Assembly (NCBI GenBank): GCA_013265495.1
Contig: MU058198.1
Location: 4,541,779 to 4,605,778 of the forward strand
Direction of reading: 5' to 3'
DNA from: Vicugna vicugna
Lineage: Eukaryota
DNA length: 64,000 bases
A program made the position numbers and the translations under genes. Shown in pieces: positions 12,891 to 25,730 of this stretch (within the stretch, counting starts at the first letter, position 1; every line of letters starts with the position of its first letter). The notes beneath the pieces are model-generated. The model worked only from the letters and a program-made list of their open reading frames with translations. It had not been told where the DNA came from and made no database searches.

Positions 12891-13659
12891 ACACTACCAC
12901 TCAGCTTGGCTAAAATAACACTATTTACATGTCATTTATAAGAGATAAAGCAAGGCAAAAATATATATAAAATCTGAAAATAAAATGTTGGAGAAAGTTA
13001 TACTAGGCAAATGATAACAAAAATGAAAGGAGGCAGGGGCTGTAATGTATTTAATATCAGTGTTATATGATGTGAATAAAGCAAGTTTGAGAACAATGTA
13101 TATGGTACAATTCTGTTTATGTTAATAAAAGGTGTGTGTGTGTGTGTGTGGTGGCGTGAAGGGGGTGTGCACGTGGATTGTTGAAGTTATTGTATAATGC
13201 TATTTTACTTGTGTGATTTAAGAAGTTTGTTTCTTTTAATATAAGTAATAAACACCATTCCTGACCTTCAGGAGTTTATTGGTTTAGCTGGGCAGTTAGG
13301 CAGGTGCCCAACTTTCTGCAATGCAAACCAAGAGAGAAACTAGGGAGAGAGGCTGCATACTATGTTGGATGAATACAAAACTAAGCCTTAAAATTGGTGA
13401 TAGAATGAGGGATGCTTTTCAGGAGCGGTGTCATCAAGCACTTTTCCCCATCACGCTTTGATAATTCTCCCTTTCCTTTGAAGGTTGAGGAGCAGGCGAT
13501 CAGGAGGCAGTATATAAGAATGAGAGTGTCAGCCACATGTCTCCTCTTCAAAGCAATGGGATGTTTTCAATCAGAAAGAAAAATGGAAAAAAAAAAAGGG
13601 CAACAAAAACAACTCAACTTTTCTTATTTCCTCCAAACCGGGTTGTCCGTCTCTTTGCA

Positions 13660-13673
13660 GTTGCTATGACAAC
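13660..13673. promoter_or_regulatory. RFX X-box motif
   Basis: GTTGCTATGACAAC is close to the palindromic X-box GTTGCCATGGCAAC and lies in apparently non-repeat sequence. Confidence 0.5.
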
Positions 13674-14829
13674 AGCAGCTCTCCTCCTTCTTCATTTGGA
13701 TCTATTTCCAAACTGAGAACAATGAATGCAAAAGATCAGGAAGTGGGAAAAGCAAGTAGATATTCAAGACATTAGAATTATTTACCCTGGAGAAGAGAAT
13801 GCTAAGAGGTGGCAATTATATTGTTCTGGGCTATTAAAGGTTACTACACAGAAGTAGTTCTCTGCTGGGGCCCAAGATAAAGTCAGATTTATTTTAACTG
13901 GAGGGAAATAGCTTTCAGGGAAAAAAAAAAGTCCCTGAGAGGAAGTTCCCTGGGACTGCTTTTCCTCTTTCAAAGTAGATTAATGGGAAGGCACCAGAGT
14001 TCTGTATCCTGCAGTGGTTGTCAGCTTCCCCTGAAAATTTCTTGATCGGTAAAGCACCAGACCTTAACAACACCAGACACCAAGCCCAGGACTCACTCTG
14101 TGAGTTGTGTATTTGTCAAATACCGCTCTGTTTTACATTTATTATCTCACTTAATATTTGCAACAATCCTATGAGCAAGAGACCATTTTTATTTCCATTT
14201 TATAGACAAGCTCAGATTGTGGCCTCAGCAGCAAGGCAGGTGGACACTATAGCTGTGTATTTACACCAGGAGGAGCAAATTTGGGGACAGTGGGGAGAAA
14301 CCAAGGGTTCTCTCCTAGCCGTGCTGTATCTGGCAAATTTATTAGCTGTACAAGGGGAGGTGTCATCTGGGCTGTTGGAAATGCCGTCATATAAGTGACT
14401 TCCCTTCACTGTGCCTTAGTTTCCTTCTTTAGAAAACAAGCAATGGCCTTAAAAGTCTATGATCCTCAAGCGATGGAAGTCTGGAGCTAAGGGACTGGAT
14501 TGATGGACTCTAGCAGTATTGCCCAGTTCTCCATCGCATCGAATTTCTCCCCCGCAGAGCACCACTATGAAAACAGTCCTCTTTTGCAGAAACCAAATTA
14601 TGCTGCATTAGAACTGACCTTCCTAAGGAGCCAGAGGCAATCAGCTGTTGAATAATCACCTGGGAGCATCCCAAGACCTAGGTCTGGGATCTCCCCAGCC
14701 TCTGAAGGAGACAAATAGAACATTGCACCTGCTGTGAAAGGGGCTGTTTGAACCTCCAAGGAGAGGTTGGGACCTTGGAAGATTACAGCTCGTGATTCTT
14801 ACCAATTTCTTTTCCAGTGGCCCAGAGGC

Positions 14830-15178
14830 TTTCTTTCTTTTATTTTATTTTACTTTATTTTATTTTATATTTTGATATCCATTCCGGACTTTATTTTTAA
14901 ATTCTTTTACAATATATTTTTATTGAAGTACAGTCAGTTTACAATGTTGTATCAATTTCTGGTGTACAGCACAATACTTCAGTCACACAGGAGCATACAT
15001 ATATTCATTTTCATATTCTTCACCATAAGTTACTACCAGATATTGAATATGGTCCCCTGTGCTATACAGTATAAACCTGCTGTTTATCTATTTTATATAT
15101 ATAGTTAAGTATCTGCAAATCTCGAACGCCCCAATTTATCCCACCCCACTCCCTTCCCTCCCTGGTAGCCATAAGTTT
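14830..15178 (-). mobile_element. Lineage-specific L1 3' end, 5'-truncated
   Basis: T-rich tail, then attgaagtacagtcagtttacaatgttgt...gtcccctgtgctatacagta. ggctttc is repeated on both flanks (TSD-like). Homologous to 22490-22690. Confidence 0.8.
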
Positions 15179-16168
15179 TGGGGCTTTCCTTTTTTTTAAA
15201 TAAAAAAAATTTCTCCTAAAGGCCCCAACAGTCATCTACCACCTGCATCTCATTGACCAGACCAGGTCACGTGGCCATGCTGCCTGCAAGAGGGCTTTGG
15301 AGGGGTAGGTATATTTAGTTGGGCGTGTTGTACCCCAAAGTAAATCGGGGTTGTGTTATTCAGGGAAAAAACGAAGGAGATGTGGACAGGCAAATAGCAA
15401 GGTCAACCACAGAAGGATACACGAAAAATCTCAGGAATCCAAGGAGCCAAAGGAGAGCCAGGCCTTACAGAGTTTGGAACTGAGGACCAAGATTCTCCGC
15501 TTCTAACGAATGGCAGGGAACTGCCATATTTTCCCTGTACCCCTGTTTTCCTTTCTCTGCCGACCAGCTTCTTCTGTTTACATTCTGTTTCTACTGGATG
15601 ATAACTTCTGCTCACCTATGGATCATACCAGCTGCTCAACTTTCATTCAGCTGCTTCAGTTTCTCAGTTCCAAATTCAGGAAAATACCAGATTGGATGCT
15701 TTTTTTGAGTGAGGCTTACAAATCATTGATTATTGTCTAGCCAATGGATGACCCAAACTTGGCTGGACAGTGGACGGGCTCCTGTGATTTGAGTCTTGGC
15801 CACACACTTAGAGCAAGAACTGTGAGGGGTAGTTTCCCTTTGAGGGGGCTCTGGGAAGAGGAGATCATGTAGAATTTCTACTTTCTCTGGGAAGTAGAAG
15901 GTAAGATCTTAACCCAAGGGTATACAGAAAGTTTAGGAGACTACCTGAAGCAACTACAGAAAAAGGAAACCTAGAAGATAGCAGCATTAAGGGTCCAGTT
16001 GAGTTTTCCGATCAACATTTTGCAAGGATTCCATTCTCTATGATCACGTGAGTTCTTCCAGCAGAGTTCACAGCCTAGTAAAGATGCACGGGTTTGAGTT
16101 CATCCAGGGTTAGAATTTTCCCAGGTAAATGAAAAATTCAGACATGGATACAGAGGATCAAAAGATTA

Positions 16169-16245
16169 AAAGAAAGGAAGAAAGGGGGGAAGGAAAGAAG
16201 GAAGGAAGGAAGGAAAGAAGGGAGGGAGGAAGGAAGGAAGAAAAA
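16169..16245. repeat. (GGAA)n-like purine tract
   Basis: Seen directly in the sequence. Confidence 0.85.
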
Positions 16246-16529
16246 GCTGGGATGATTACCAGCTGTTGGCAAAGAGAAATCTTAGAATTTAAGATTTCAG
16301 AGGCATGGCACATCTGGTCGGATGACTGCACAGTGTAGGGTATGGTCATGGGGAGGGGATGGACAAAGACAAGTACAGGTGAAGGCCACGGAGTTGAGAA
16401 GGGAAAAGATCTGAAAGGCATAGGTAGTGATGGCTTGCCCAGATGGATACTAAAGTCACCTGGGGTAGTGGCAGGATTTGGCATGGAGAGGAAAACAGTA
16501 CACCAGGATATAGAAGAGTGGGTAGCTAT

Positions 16530-17670
16530 GAGGTGAAGGTAGGGAGAGTCAAATCTGAGCATCATTTTGATTCCTCTCTCTTCCTCACTATCCAGCCCAA
16601 CAAGTTACCAGGTCTTGTAAGTTCTATTCTGTAAAAATTTAATCTAGGTCATCTTTCTATTTACACTGCCATCACCCTAGTCCAAGCCACCATTTTCTCC
16701 CACCTTTACCACTTTGGTAACCAGACATTTGCTTGTGACCTTCTTCAGACCATTCTCTGCACTATAGCTGAGTGGTCTTTTTAAAATTATGAATCTTACC
16801 ACAGCTAAAGACCTTTCAATGGCTTTCCATTGCTCTTAGGATAAAATCTATGTAGGAAATTGTATTTGTGTTCAACATAGATGATGTCCCTCGTGGTGAA
16901 GGATTCTGGGTCTCTGCCTCTCCGACTTTAGGCTTGGTCATGTGACTTAAAGGGACTCCCCCGTCCCCTGAGGCAAGAGGATTGTATATTCCTACCTTAT
17001 TGAGCACAAAAGTAGCCATGTGACTTGCTTTGGCTAATGGAATGAGGGTCCATGTGATATGTGTTCCTTCTAAGCAGAAGCTTTAAGAGCTCTATATATG
17101 GCTCCTTATTTTTCTCTTTTCCCTCTTTTATAAGACTGGCATTGGCCCAGATAAAGTCTGATCCAGCAGGCATGAGGGCAGCACAAAGACAAGACCCACA
17201 ATGGACATATAATACGAGTTGGAAACAGACTGCTGTTGTAAGGCATTGATATTTATTACTACAGCAAAACTTAATATGGTCTGTAAGGCTCTGAATGATT
17301 TAATGATTTGGTCTAAGTTCCCCCCCCCACCCCGTTCTCTCAAACATTTCTCCCTTTACCTGACTAACTGCTATTTTTCTTCCAGCTCCCAGCTTAAATG
17401 TCACTTTACTAGAGAAGTCTCTTATTACTCTCCACTTGTCCCCCCGCCGCCCCCAACACGGGACTAATTTAGGTTGACTATTATTCTACTTCATAACATC
17501 TTTTCTATTTCCTTCATATCACTCAAGCACAGTCTGTAATATTTTTTGAGCATGATTATCTGCTTACCACAGGAGAATGTAAGTTCAGAGAGGACAGAAA
17601 TTATGTCCACGTCGTTCTTCATCATGTCCCAGGGCCTGGGATACAATAAGCATTCAATATTTTTTGATCA
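16530..17670. mobile_element. L2 3' region interrupted by an MLT1-like LTR (~16870-17270)
   Basis: L2 motifs (caccctagtccaagccacc, caatggctttccattgctcttaggataaaatc, agcttaaatgtcactt). The insert carries ccatgtgacttgctttggctaatggaatg, typical of MLT1. Confidence 0.6.
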
Positions 17671-18879
17671 AAGGGGCAAATCTGAGTCCAGATCACAGGT
17701 GAGCACAGAAGCCAGAGACAGTCTGAGGTATCAAATGGGAGAGAGGGGTGGAAAGCAAGAAATGGATTCAGTGCAAGCAGGAGCAGGTTGTGGGGAGAGA
17801 AGGGTGGTGCGTGGAGAAGTGGCCAAAGGCAGAAGGTCTCAGGGGACGGGGTCTCTTACAAGATGCTATTCCGACAGGAAGGGAGGTAGCTTTTCAGGAC
17901 AAAGAGTAGGCTTGTGTGGTAAGTTACCATCCTGTCTCTCCTCTCTGTCTTCTCATTTTGCGGTTTCTCATTTCATCAGCTTGTTGAACATCTTCTAGAT
18001 GCTGGGAATTAGTAGGGATGCAGTTACTAAATAATTTAATTCTGAGCTTCTTGTGCTTACTCAACTGAGGAAGACAGACATGAGCCCAATAATTAACAGA
18101 GTGATAGATGAATCCTTCGAAAGAGAAATTCAGAGGCCATGGGAAATTCCATAGGGAAACAAAGCTGTGTTTACCTTTCCTATCTCTGCCTCTTCTGCTC
18201 TGTCTGTCTGCAATGTCCTTCTTGCTCTCTGCTTGCCCAAATTTTACCCGTTCTTCAAGGCTTCAGTTCAGAAGGTACTTTATTTAAAAGGGCCATAATC
18301 CTGTGGTGAGGGAATTTCTCTACTAACCCACCAATGGTCAAAAGATGCTATGGTCCAGGGTCACTCAAGATAATGCTAATTCTGTCTGGGTCCTCGTCAC
18401 CTTTATGTGAATGAAGGATCACAGGTGTTTCCACTGGGATGCTGCCAGTGTATACTGCGATGGAGAAAGCTAGTGGAGGGGTATGGGTTAGACACTGATA
18501 GCATTGGCTGCACTTCCTCATTGCCTCATATTAGCTCCCACAACCCGCCCTTCCTTGTCGCCTCCCACCCCCATTGTGTTTTGATGGGGCCACATGCCTC
18601 TAGTATATTCTACCTTATCTTGTGTGTTCATGTTTTTCTCTTACTTTCCTATAAGCTCCGGAGGCAGGTACCATGTCTGATTCATCTTTTTATCCTCCCC
18701 ATGGCTTAGCAGAGGTCCTGTCACAGAGAATCTATTTACTCAATAAATGTTTACAGAGTTGAATTGTGGGGGATACCATTGCTCCCCAGGGCACTATTAA
18801 ATCAGATCCATTCTTTTTTTTTTTTTAAACCATCAAAAGATATAGTCATGACATTGTCATTGAGTCAGAGAACCCATTT

Positions 18880-19900
18880 CTAGAATTTTATCCATTAAAA
18901 TTTTAAAAACTATAATCAAAAGAATAGACATACATGGTAACAAGTCATATAAAACAGACCCCTTATTGACAAAAAGTAACAGCCTTTCACTCCACCTACT
19001 GTCTTCTCTCCAGAGGCATCTTCTATTTAACTATTTCTGTTTGTTGCCACCAGAACTCTAAATAATACACTTAGGTCTCTATTTTTTGGTTTATCCACTG
19101 CAGGCATTTTTTATTTCTTCTTTTCTATGAAAGGTGAGGGTTTAGTTCAGGTACACACACACCCTAACCCTCCCATCTTTCTCCTCCCAGTTATTTGCTT
19201 TCCGTTCCTTAAAAATTAACGTGTATAGTTTTATATAACTTTGTTTAAATGCTGTTCTCTATCCTCCCACTTACATCATCAATATTATTTTCTTTCATTC
19301 TTTGTGAAATGAGGACATCATCATTTCCTTTCACTTTTCCTTCTGTCTCAACTTACCCTTCCATCTCCCCTTCCCTGACTGCTACCCCGTTAGTTCATAC
19401 TGCCGTCGTGCTTAACAGCTACGTTCTGTTCTTTGAACACAGGCAAGTGCTTTGCCAACAGGTTGACCCTAAAAACGAAACACGAATCAGCATTCTCATT
19501 ACAGTGATATAATTATTATTCACTCCTGGAATGAGGATTGAGCTAGGATTACATTTTTTTTTTCCTACAGGTCTAAAGTCACAGTCCTTAGGTCATTCAA
19601 ATAAGAATGACAAAAGCATCAAGGTTAAAAGATTTTTATAGGCTTCTGTCAGTGGTTTAAAGTCATGCCACATTTAATTACTTTCCTTTTAGACCATGAC
19701 TTTCTTATAATGTTTAAAGCCTGGAGCTCTTAATTGCCTCTTTATTTGTTGCCAAAACATAATGTTCCTTTATCGTGTCTTCAGCTTTTCCACTCCTCAG
19801 TTAAATCATTACCGAGTGTATTTCTCTGGTACATCCCCCTCTTCCAACACCTCTTGGAAGGAATGGGATGTGGGAGGACTAGGGACACTGCCTGCCATGT
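18880..19900 (-). mobile_element. Old L1/HAL1 fossil
   Basis: T-rich, with degenerate L1ME-type motifs. Confidence 0.45.
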
Positions 19901-20687
19901 TGCACCATAAGCTCTTCTCCATTTTTGAAATTTATTTAAAAAAATATAATTTTGTTAAGTGTGATTGTGACCAAGAATTATTCTCGGTTCTGAATGATTC
20001 CCATGCCAGGCCAGATAACCTCTCTCTCATACTGGACTTTCCCATATTTTCAGTTTTGTTAGTCTCTGCACCTTCATTTTCTTATCGATAAAATGGGGAT
20101 AAGAAATTCAAAAGATGTCACAGGATAAATGACTAGAAAGTACAATTCTTGGCCTTTTTGTGGCAAGCTATGTACAAGAGCTATATATAAGGTTATTAAG
20201 CTTATAAGAAAATAAAAATAAATTGGTAGAAATCTCCCTGTGAATAGCACAGGGACATTGTAAAGTACACATTATCTTTATTTCTGTGGTAGGGGCCTCC
20301 TGATCCTCTGTGATAGTCTTTGGGCTGGGACACAATCTGATACCAGCTTCAGGACCAAGACTGCCCAGTGACTGAGGACGGAGGCTGGAGCCTCAGGTAA
20401 GCTTAGGTGCCATGTTGAACCATACGCTTGACCTTTGGCGGGTACAAATGTTCTCTCCTACTTCTCAGGTCTAGTTAAAAGTCCTTACAGAGGCTTCACA
20501 CAGGGAGAAGAAAAACTCCTCCTGGACTGTTACAGACTTTCTATATCTCAAAAGGAGCAGAGATCTCATTAAATCTATAGGATCTTCTCCTCTACTCTGG
20601 AGCCAGATTTGGGTTACTCAAAAATTAAAATGATTTGATGGTTACTGCCCACTGTCCTTTCCAGTCTCAGCTTAAAGATTACTAGGC

Positions 20688-20903
20688 CTTTCTTCCTTCC
20701 CTCCCTTCTCTTTCTTTCTTTCTTTCTTTCTCTCTCTCTCTCTCTTTCTCTCTTCCTTCCTTCCTTCCTTCCTTCCTCTCTTTCTTTCCCGGTAGGGAGA
20801 GGTAATTAGGTTTATGTATTGACTTTAATGGGTCTACTGCGGATTGAGTCCAGGACCTCACTCATGCTAAATGTGTACTCTACCCCTGAGCTATACGCTC
20901 CTC
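20688..20903 (-). mobile_element. tRNA-derived SINE (vic-1-like) with CT-rich tail
   Basis: Body 20791-20903 (gagctatac, ccaggacctc, aggtaattaggttt). Tail region expanded into (CTTC)n/(CTTT)n/(CT)n. Confidence 0.8.
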
Positions 20904-21634
20904 GACAAAAGTCACCTTCTTAGGGAGCTCCCTCCCGACTCTGTGGACTAGGTTAACTCCCCTTGTAACACTCTCTCTGAGTTGGTCAGAACCCTTTGCC
21001 TTCCAAAGGGCAGATACTCAAACCAAATTTGTTTAAGCAGAAAGGGAATTTCCTGAGTCACACAACTGAGAAGACCATGTAACATTCATGGATAAAACTT
21101 CTGTGGAAACAGGAGCTGAAGTTACGTCATGACGTTTGCTGTCTCTCCTTGCCCCTTGCCTTTGCTGCTGCTGCCTATTTCTCCCCCGCCCCTTTTCCCT
21201 CCCTCCTCTTCCTCCTCTTCTTTTTTCTTTCCTTCCTCCCTCTTTCCCTCCTTCCTCCCTTTCTTCCTTTTAAAAAAACATGTTTTGAGCAGTTTGTACT
21301 ACTGAAGTTCTATTCAAGTTGACATTAACCTTATAGCCCTTGGTCCTATTAGAGGCAGCAAGTACGCCTTTCTCCAGATCTGTGTGTCACACTTCAGAGA
21401 AGATGCTAATTGACCTTTCTCATATTAAGCTTCCACCCCTGTACCAGTTGTAACCAGGGGAGTGGGGTATACATACTGGATTGCCCGTGTCTAGTTCATG
21501 TGTTCGCTCCAGATCTCACAGAACAATATTTTGTTGTCTGGAAGGAGGGGCTGTGTTGTCTGAAGAAGGGATGGAAGGTGTTGAGCTTACAAAACAACAG
21601 TAACTATTTCCGTCAGACCCAATACTTGCTTTCT

Positions 21635-22985
21635 TTCATCTGTGTACTATAAAGCTAACAAAGCTTCAAGCTTCAGGCCCCTTTCCTTGATTGGGCCTTT
21701 TTAAAATTTGCAAAAGTGAAAAATTTTAAGTGCCATCCTTTAGGACTCATGTCCCCTCTCCTCTGCGTGCCCTTCATGTTGAGCGCCTTTGGGGAGGCTG
21801 CAGGCAGCTTGCTGTAACCGAGCAGAGGTCAGGTCGGGATGCGTTTTAGTTTGCAGCTAACGAGGTCGATTTATGGAGGCTGCGGTTACTTATGCCTATG
21901 GTTAAATCATTGCTAGCAATCCCATGATAAACAATGGCTTTCAGGTAAACTTCTCCCGCCCACCCTGCCAGCTCATGGGGTGATGCGGCCTGACAGTCAG
22001 AGCCAGGACTGAATCTGTGTTTGGAATGTGCCCTTCAGTACTTGGCACCAGAACTATCCGGGCGGTGGCTGAGAAGCAAAGTTTGGCATGTGCACAGCTG
22101 AAGGCTCTTCTAGCAAAGGGTCTCCCAAATCTTACACCTCACACAGGAAAGCAACAGAATAGAGGTCTTCCAACTTAGGACACACAATTTTCACAATTTT
22201 CGTAACATACCCATAAAGAATGATGAAGCTTAGAGAAACAATTAATTAAAAAATAAATTTGAATCCACCATCCTAGAAGAAATACTGAATTATCTTTCTA
22301 GTTCCTCCATGGAAATTACGTTACAAAACTGTCTTCATACAAAGAAGCAGTCAAAGAGTATGTGGCCAAATATGTGGGGAAAGAAATATAAATATTATAA
22401 TATTCTTTCCAGGATTTTGTGGTTTGCAGGATTTGTCAGTTTTTAAAAATTTGTAGTTTGTTGTGATTTCCTTACTCATTATTATTATTATTTTTGCATT
22501 CTTTTTTACTGAAGTGTAGTCAGTTTACAATGTTGTGTCAATTTCTCGTGTACAGCATAATAGTTCAGTCATAATGTACATACACATACTCCTTTTCATA
22601 TTCTTTTCATTATAGGTTACTGCATGATATTGAATATAGTTCCCTGTGCTAGGCAGTATAAACCTGTTGTTCATCTATTTTATATTATACTAGTTTCTTT
22701 ACTCATTCTTAATGCATATTTATTTTTTGCTTTGGAGACAGTAACGCAAATCACATTTAATGGGTGCCTGCTTCCGGACCAGACACTGATTTTTGCTATT
22801 TTTTAGAATTTGTTTTTTAATTTACACATACTTTTTTTTGGTGTATTGTTCTGTGAGTTTGACAAACACATAGATATTTACTTGTGTATCTAATTTTGTG
22901 CTTGTAATTTTGTATGTTTTTAAGAGGACATTGCTTCCTTCCCAAATTATGTAAGCTTCCAGCCCTACGAAACTAGAACTTGCTT
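21635..22985. mobile_element. hAT-Tip100 (Zaphod-like) DNA transposon fossil with nested L1 3' end
   Basis: Left end aagctaacaaagcttcaagcttcaggcccc and right end taagcttccagccc...aactagaac resemble recalled Zaphod termini. An L1 insert sits at ~22490-22690. Confidence 0.55.
22490..22690 (-). mobile_element. Lineage-specific L1 3' end
   Basis: Aligns by eye with 14920-15100 (gaagtgtagtcagtttacaatgttgtgtcaatttc...tataaacctg). Confidence 0.8.
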
Positions 22986-24563
22986 TGCTCAGCTTCCTTG
23001 TTTATTATCTAGCTTTCTTGTTAGATTCTAAGCTTGGTCATTGTGTATTTTCCTCATCACTCATAAGCCAGCACCTAGCACGGTGCCTGGCATTTAGAAC
23101 ATGCTCAGCATGTACACAAGGGGAACTGTGGGACTAGTGGTTCTCCGCAAACTCCTCACTCCTGGGCCATATGCGGTCCCTGCTATGAGGGGTTTGGCAC
23201 CGCTTGGGCCACTGTGACATGCGTTCCTAGGAATACTGACTGCTGTTTCTGTGGCCCCTTCGGTTGCTGTGTTTTCTTAGCCTCTTCTGCTATTTTTCTA
23301 CCAGTGGGGTTCAGCATCCACATACCAGGTCTTGGTTACTCCAGCCTTAGTTTGCAGGGTTGGAGTTTTACCTTGGTCCTTCTTCCTGAATTTCTGACCA
23401 GGCGATTTCGGGTCCCAGTTTTCTCTCCAAGTCTGGAGGCCTGATTCTGAATTTGCGCCCCATGCACGGAAGGATTTCACAATCTTGGACAGGCAGGACT
23501 GCAGAGCTCCTGAGGAGTTGCAGGGGCTGTCTTGTCTTGTCAAGGAGGACACATCCTGGTGGTACCTCCCATGTAAGAGGCCGGGTTCCACGTGCTCTTA
23601 TATGTTCTCTGTCAATGTGTTCTTATGACGTAGTGAACGAATTCACAACCACCATCCAGGTTATGCCAGAAATGCCACTCCCCTTTGTTAAATTCCACAC
23701 TGAACCAGCAACCTGCTTAGCTGGTGGGAAGCTCTGTGTTCTCTTGATTGAAGGTCACTGCACTCGTCTGACCCTCCCTGCAGGCATGGGGTTTTAGGTG
23801 GGGGGAGCTGTTTGGGGAGGCTCTTGCTAGTCTTAGTCTGCACTCTTTACCTGTAATAAGCCCACATGGCACCTTGAAATTGGGAAGCTCAGCCTCCATG
23901 CTCTGCCTGGGCATGAAAATTTTCACTGGGGCTGAAAGTCTGGGTGTGTCCAAGGTCCAGCCTCGCTGAGCGTACCGCACAGTCATTTCCCCCAAAGTCC
24001 TACCAAGTCTTTCCATCTCCGTGGGGGATGAGGACCCCGTCTCTTCCTTTCTGCAGCGGAATCTCCCTCCTCTCAGCCTTTCCTCCTACCCCTTTTGGGC
24101 ACTCACCGTTCTCCTGTCCTCCTTGGGGGGCCAGCGTCATCTCCTCTGTGATCTTAGGTTTTCACAAAAGCCAGGGAGTGGCTGTCTCTCAGGAACTTGG
24201 ACTTTCTGCTCTGAAAACACTTTAAAAAAAGAGAAAAAACCAAAGACCAGGCGACCTTCTTAGGCTAAGAAAGGGAGAAGCTCAGATTCCAAAGGACAAA
24301 ATGCACACTTGTAATTCTTCAGCACGTTAACATCTCAATAAATTATCTTGCCACAATGGTGATTTGGAAGAGTATGTCTCTCCTGGCATCGAATCATTCT
24401 AGATGTTAACATGGCGAACTCCCCAGTGTTTCTGTGGCTGTAGAGGGGGCTAGCCCCTCAATCCCCTTGACTGTGTCAGTAAGGAGATCTCTGCTGACTT
24501 GGAAAACTTCTTGCAATTACAGCAGTCACAAACATTCACAGGTAAACGTCTGCACAGCTCTGT

Positions 24564-24578
24564 GGAATGTTCCAGAAC
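24564..24578. promoter_or_regulatory. Perfect three-pentamer heat shock element
   Basis: gGAAtgTTCcaGAAc fits nGAAnnTTCnnGAAn exactly. Confidence 0.45.
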
Positions 24579-24914
24579 TTGTCTCTCAGCATTAAATTAG
24601 CATTTCATCAGAACATCACTTCCTAGCCAGAAGTGTTCCTATTCAAAGGCAAGACAATCGAATTCTCTCTGCAAAACAGGCCAGATTACGCTAATGAATC
24701 TTCCTAGAGGGAAGATTCAGCCTAACTTGAGTGTCACTAGTAAATCTGGCCCGAACAAACATTTTCTGGGCGTCTGCTGAGTGCCAGGTACTGGGGACTC
24801 AAGGAGAGAAAGATCCTCGAGGAACTTAGTTTAAGGAGAAAATAGCAACACACTTTTTAAATAGGAGGTGATAAAATATGGATAAAAGGCCCTGGGAGCC
24901 TAGCAGAAGAGCCA

Positions 24915-25402
24915 ATCGAAAATTCATAGAAGAAATGACCTTCGATCTGGGTTGTGAAGGACGCGTGACTATTTTGCAGGTGGGGATGAGAGGGAGGGCA
25001 GCCCTGGAAGGAGAGCAGCCAGAGCCAAGCGGCCGGGGCAGAGCTTGGCACGCTTCGTGTGGCGGTGTGTGTGTGTGCGCGCGCGCACCAGGGCGAGCAC
25101 CGGGGACAAGGAGCGGGAGCTGGTCGGGGCTGGTTTTGAGGAGGAGAGCGGAAGTAAAAGAAGTTTCTCTAAACTGAACCTAGTTTTATAACTGACATGG
25201 AAATCTTTTGCAGAGCTTCTCGAATAACGCTGTCAGTGCTACTCCCGAGGGTGACTCCCGCTACTGTTACGCTGGTGCAGAGCTAGAGTTCGTTGTGCTG
25301 TTACTACGTCTGGGGTTAAGTGTGTTTGTTTCCATCCTCCCGTCTCTGTGAGTTGCTCTCCTGTTAGCCTCATTTTACGAATGTTGTTCTCCATATTCTC
25401 GC
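24915..25402. promoter_or_regulatory. Small CpG-rich patch, candidate promoter/enhancer
   Basis: About 28 CpGs in ~490 bp counted by eye, against a CpG-depleted background. Contains (GT)6(GC)5AC at 25065-25088 and the ETS-type GCGGAAGT at 25148-25155. Confidence 0.45.
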
Positions 25403-25631
25403 ATGTTCCCTTTTGTTCCTGCTAATATTCCAGGTACCTAAGATGCTCACGATTCTGTGTGACTGACTTATCCCTTCAGTCATATAGTTTCTGTTTTTTT
25501 TAAAAAAAATTAAAGATCAAAAGCTCTGCTTTGAGGTAAACTGAAGTCACCTGGCGTGGTGGCCCCTGAAATCTGTTGCTATACCACTGGATGTTTTGAT
25601 CTCATCATTTTGATCCTTCTGTTCTGGTTTT

Positions 25632-25730
25632 ATTTAATTAGTTAATTTTTCAAATGGAGGCACTGGGGATTGGACCCAGGACCCCATAAATACTAAGCAC
25701 GCGCTCTACCACTGAGCTATACCCACCCCC
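25632..25730 (-). mobile_element. tRNA-derived SINE (vic-1-like)
   Basis: A/B-box body on the minus strand. TSD gttctggtttt at 25621-25631 and 25733-25743. Confidence 0.88.
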
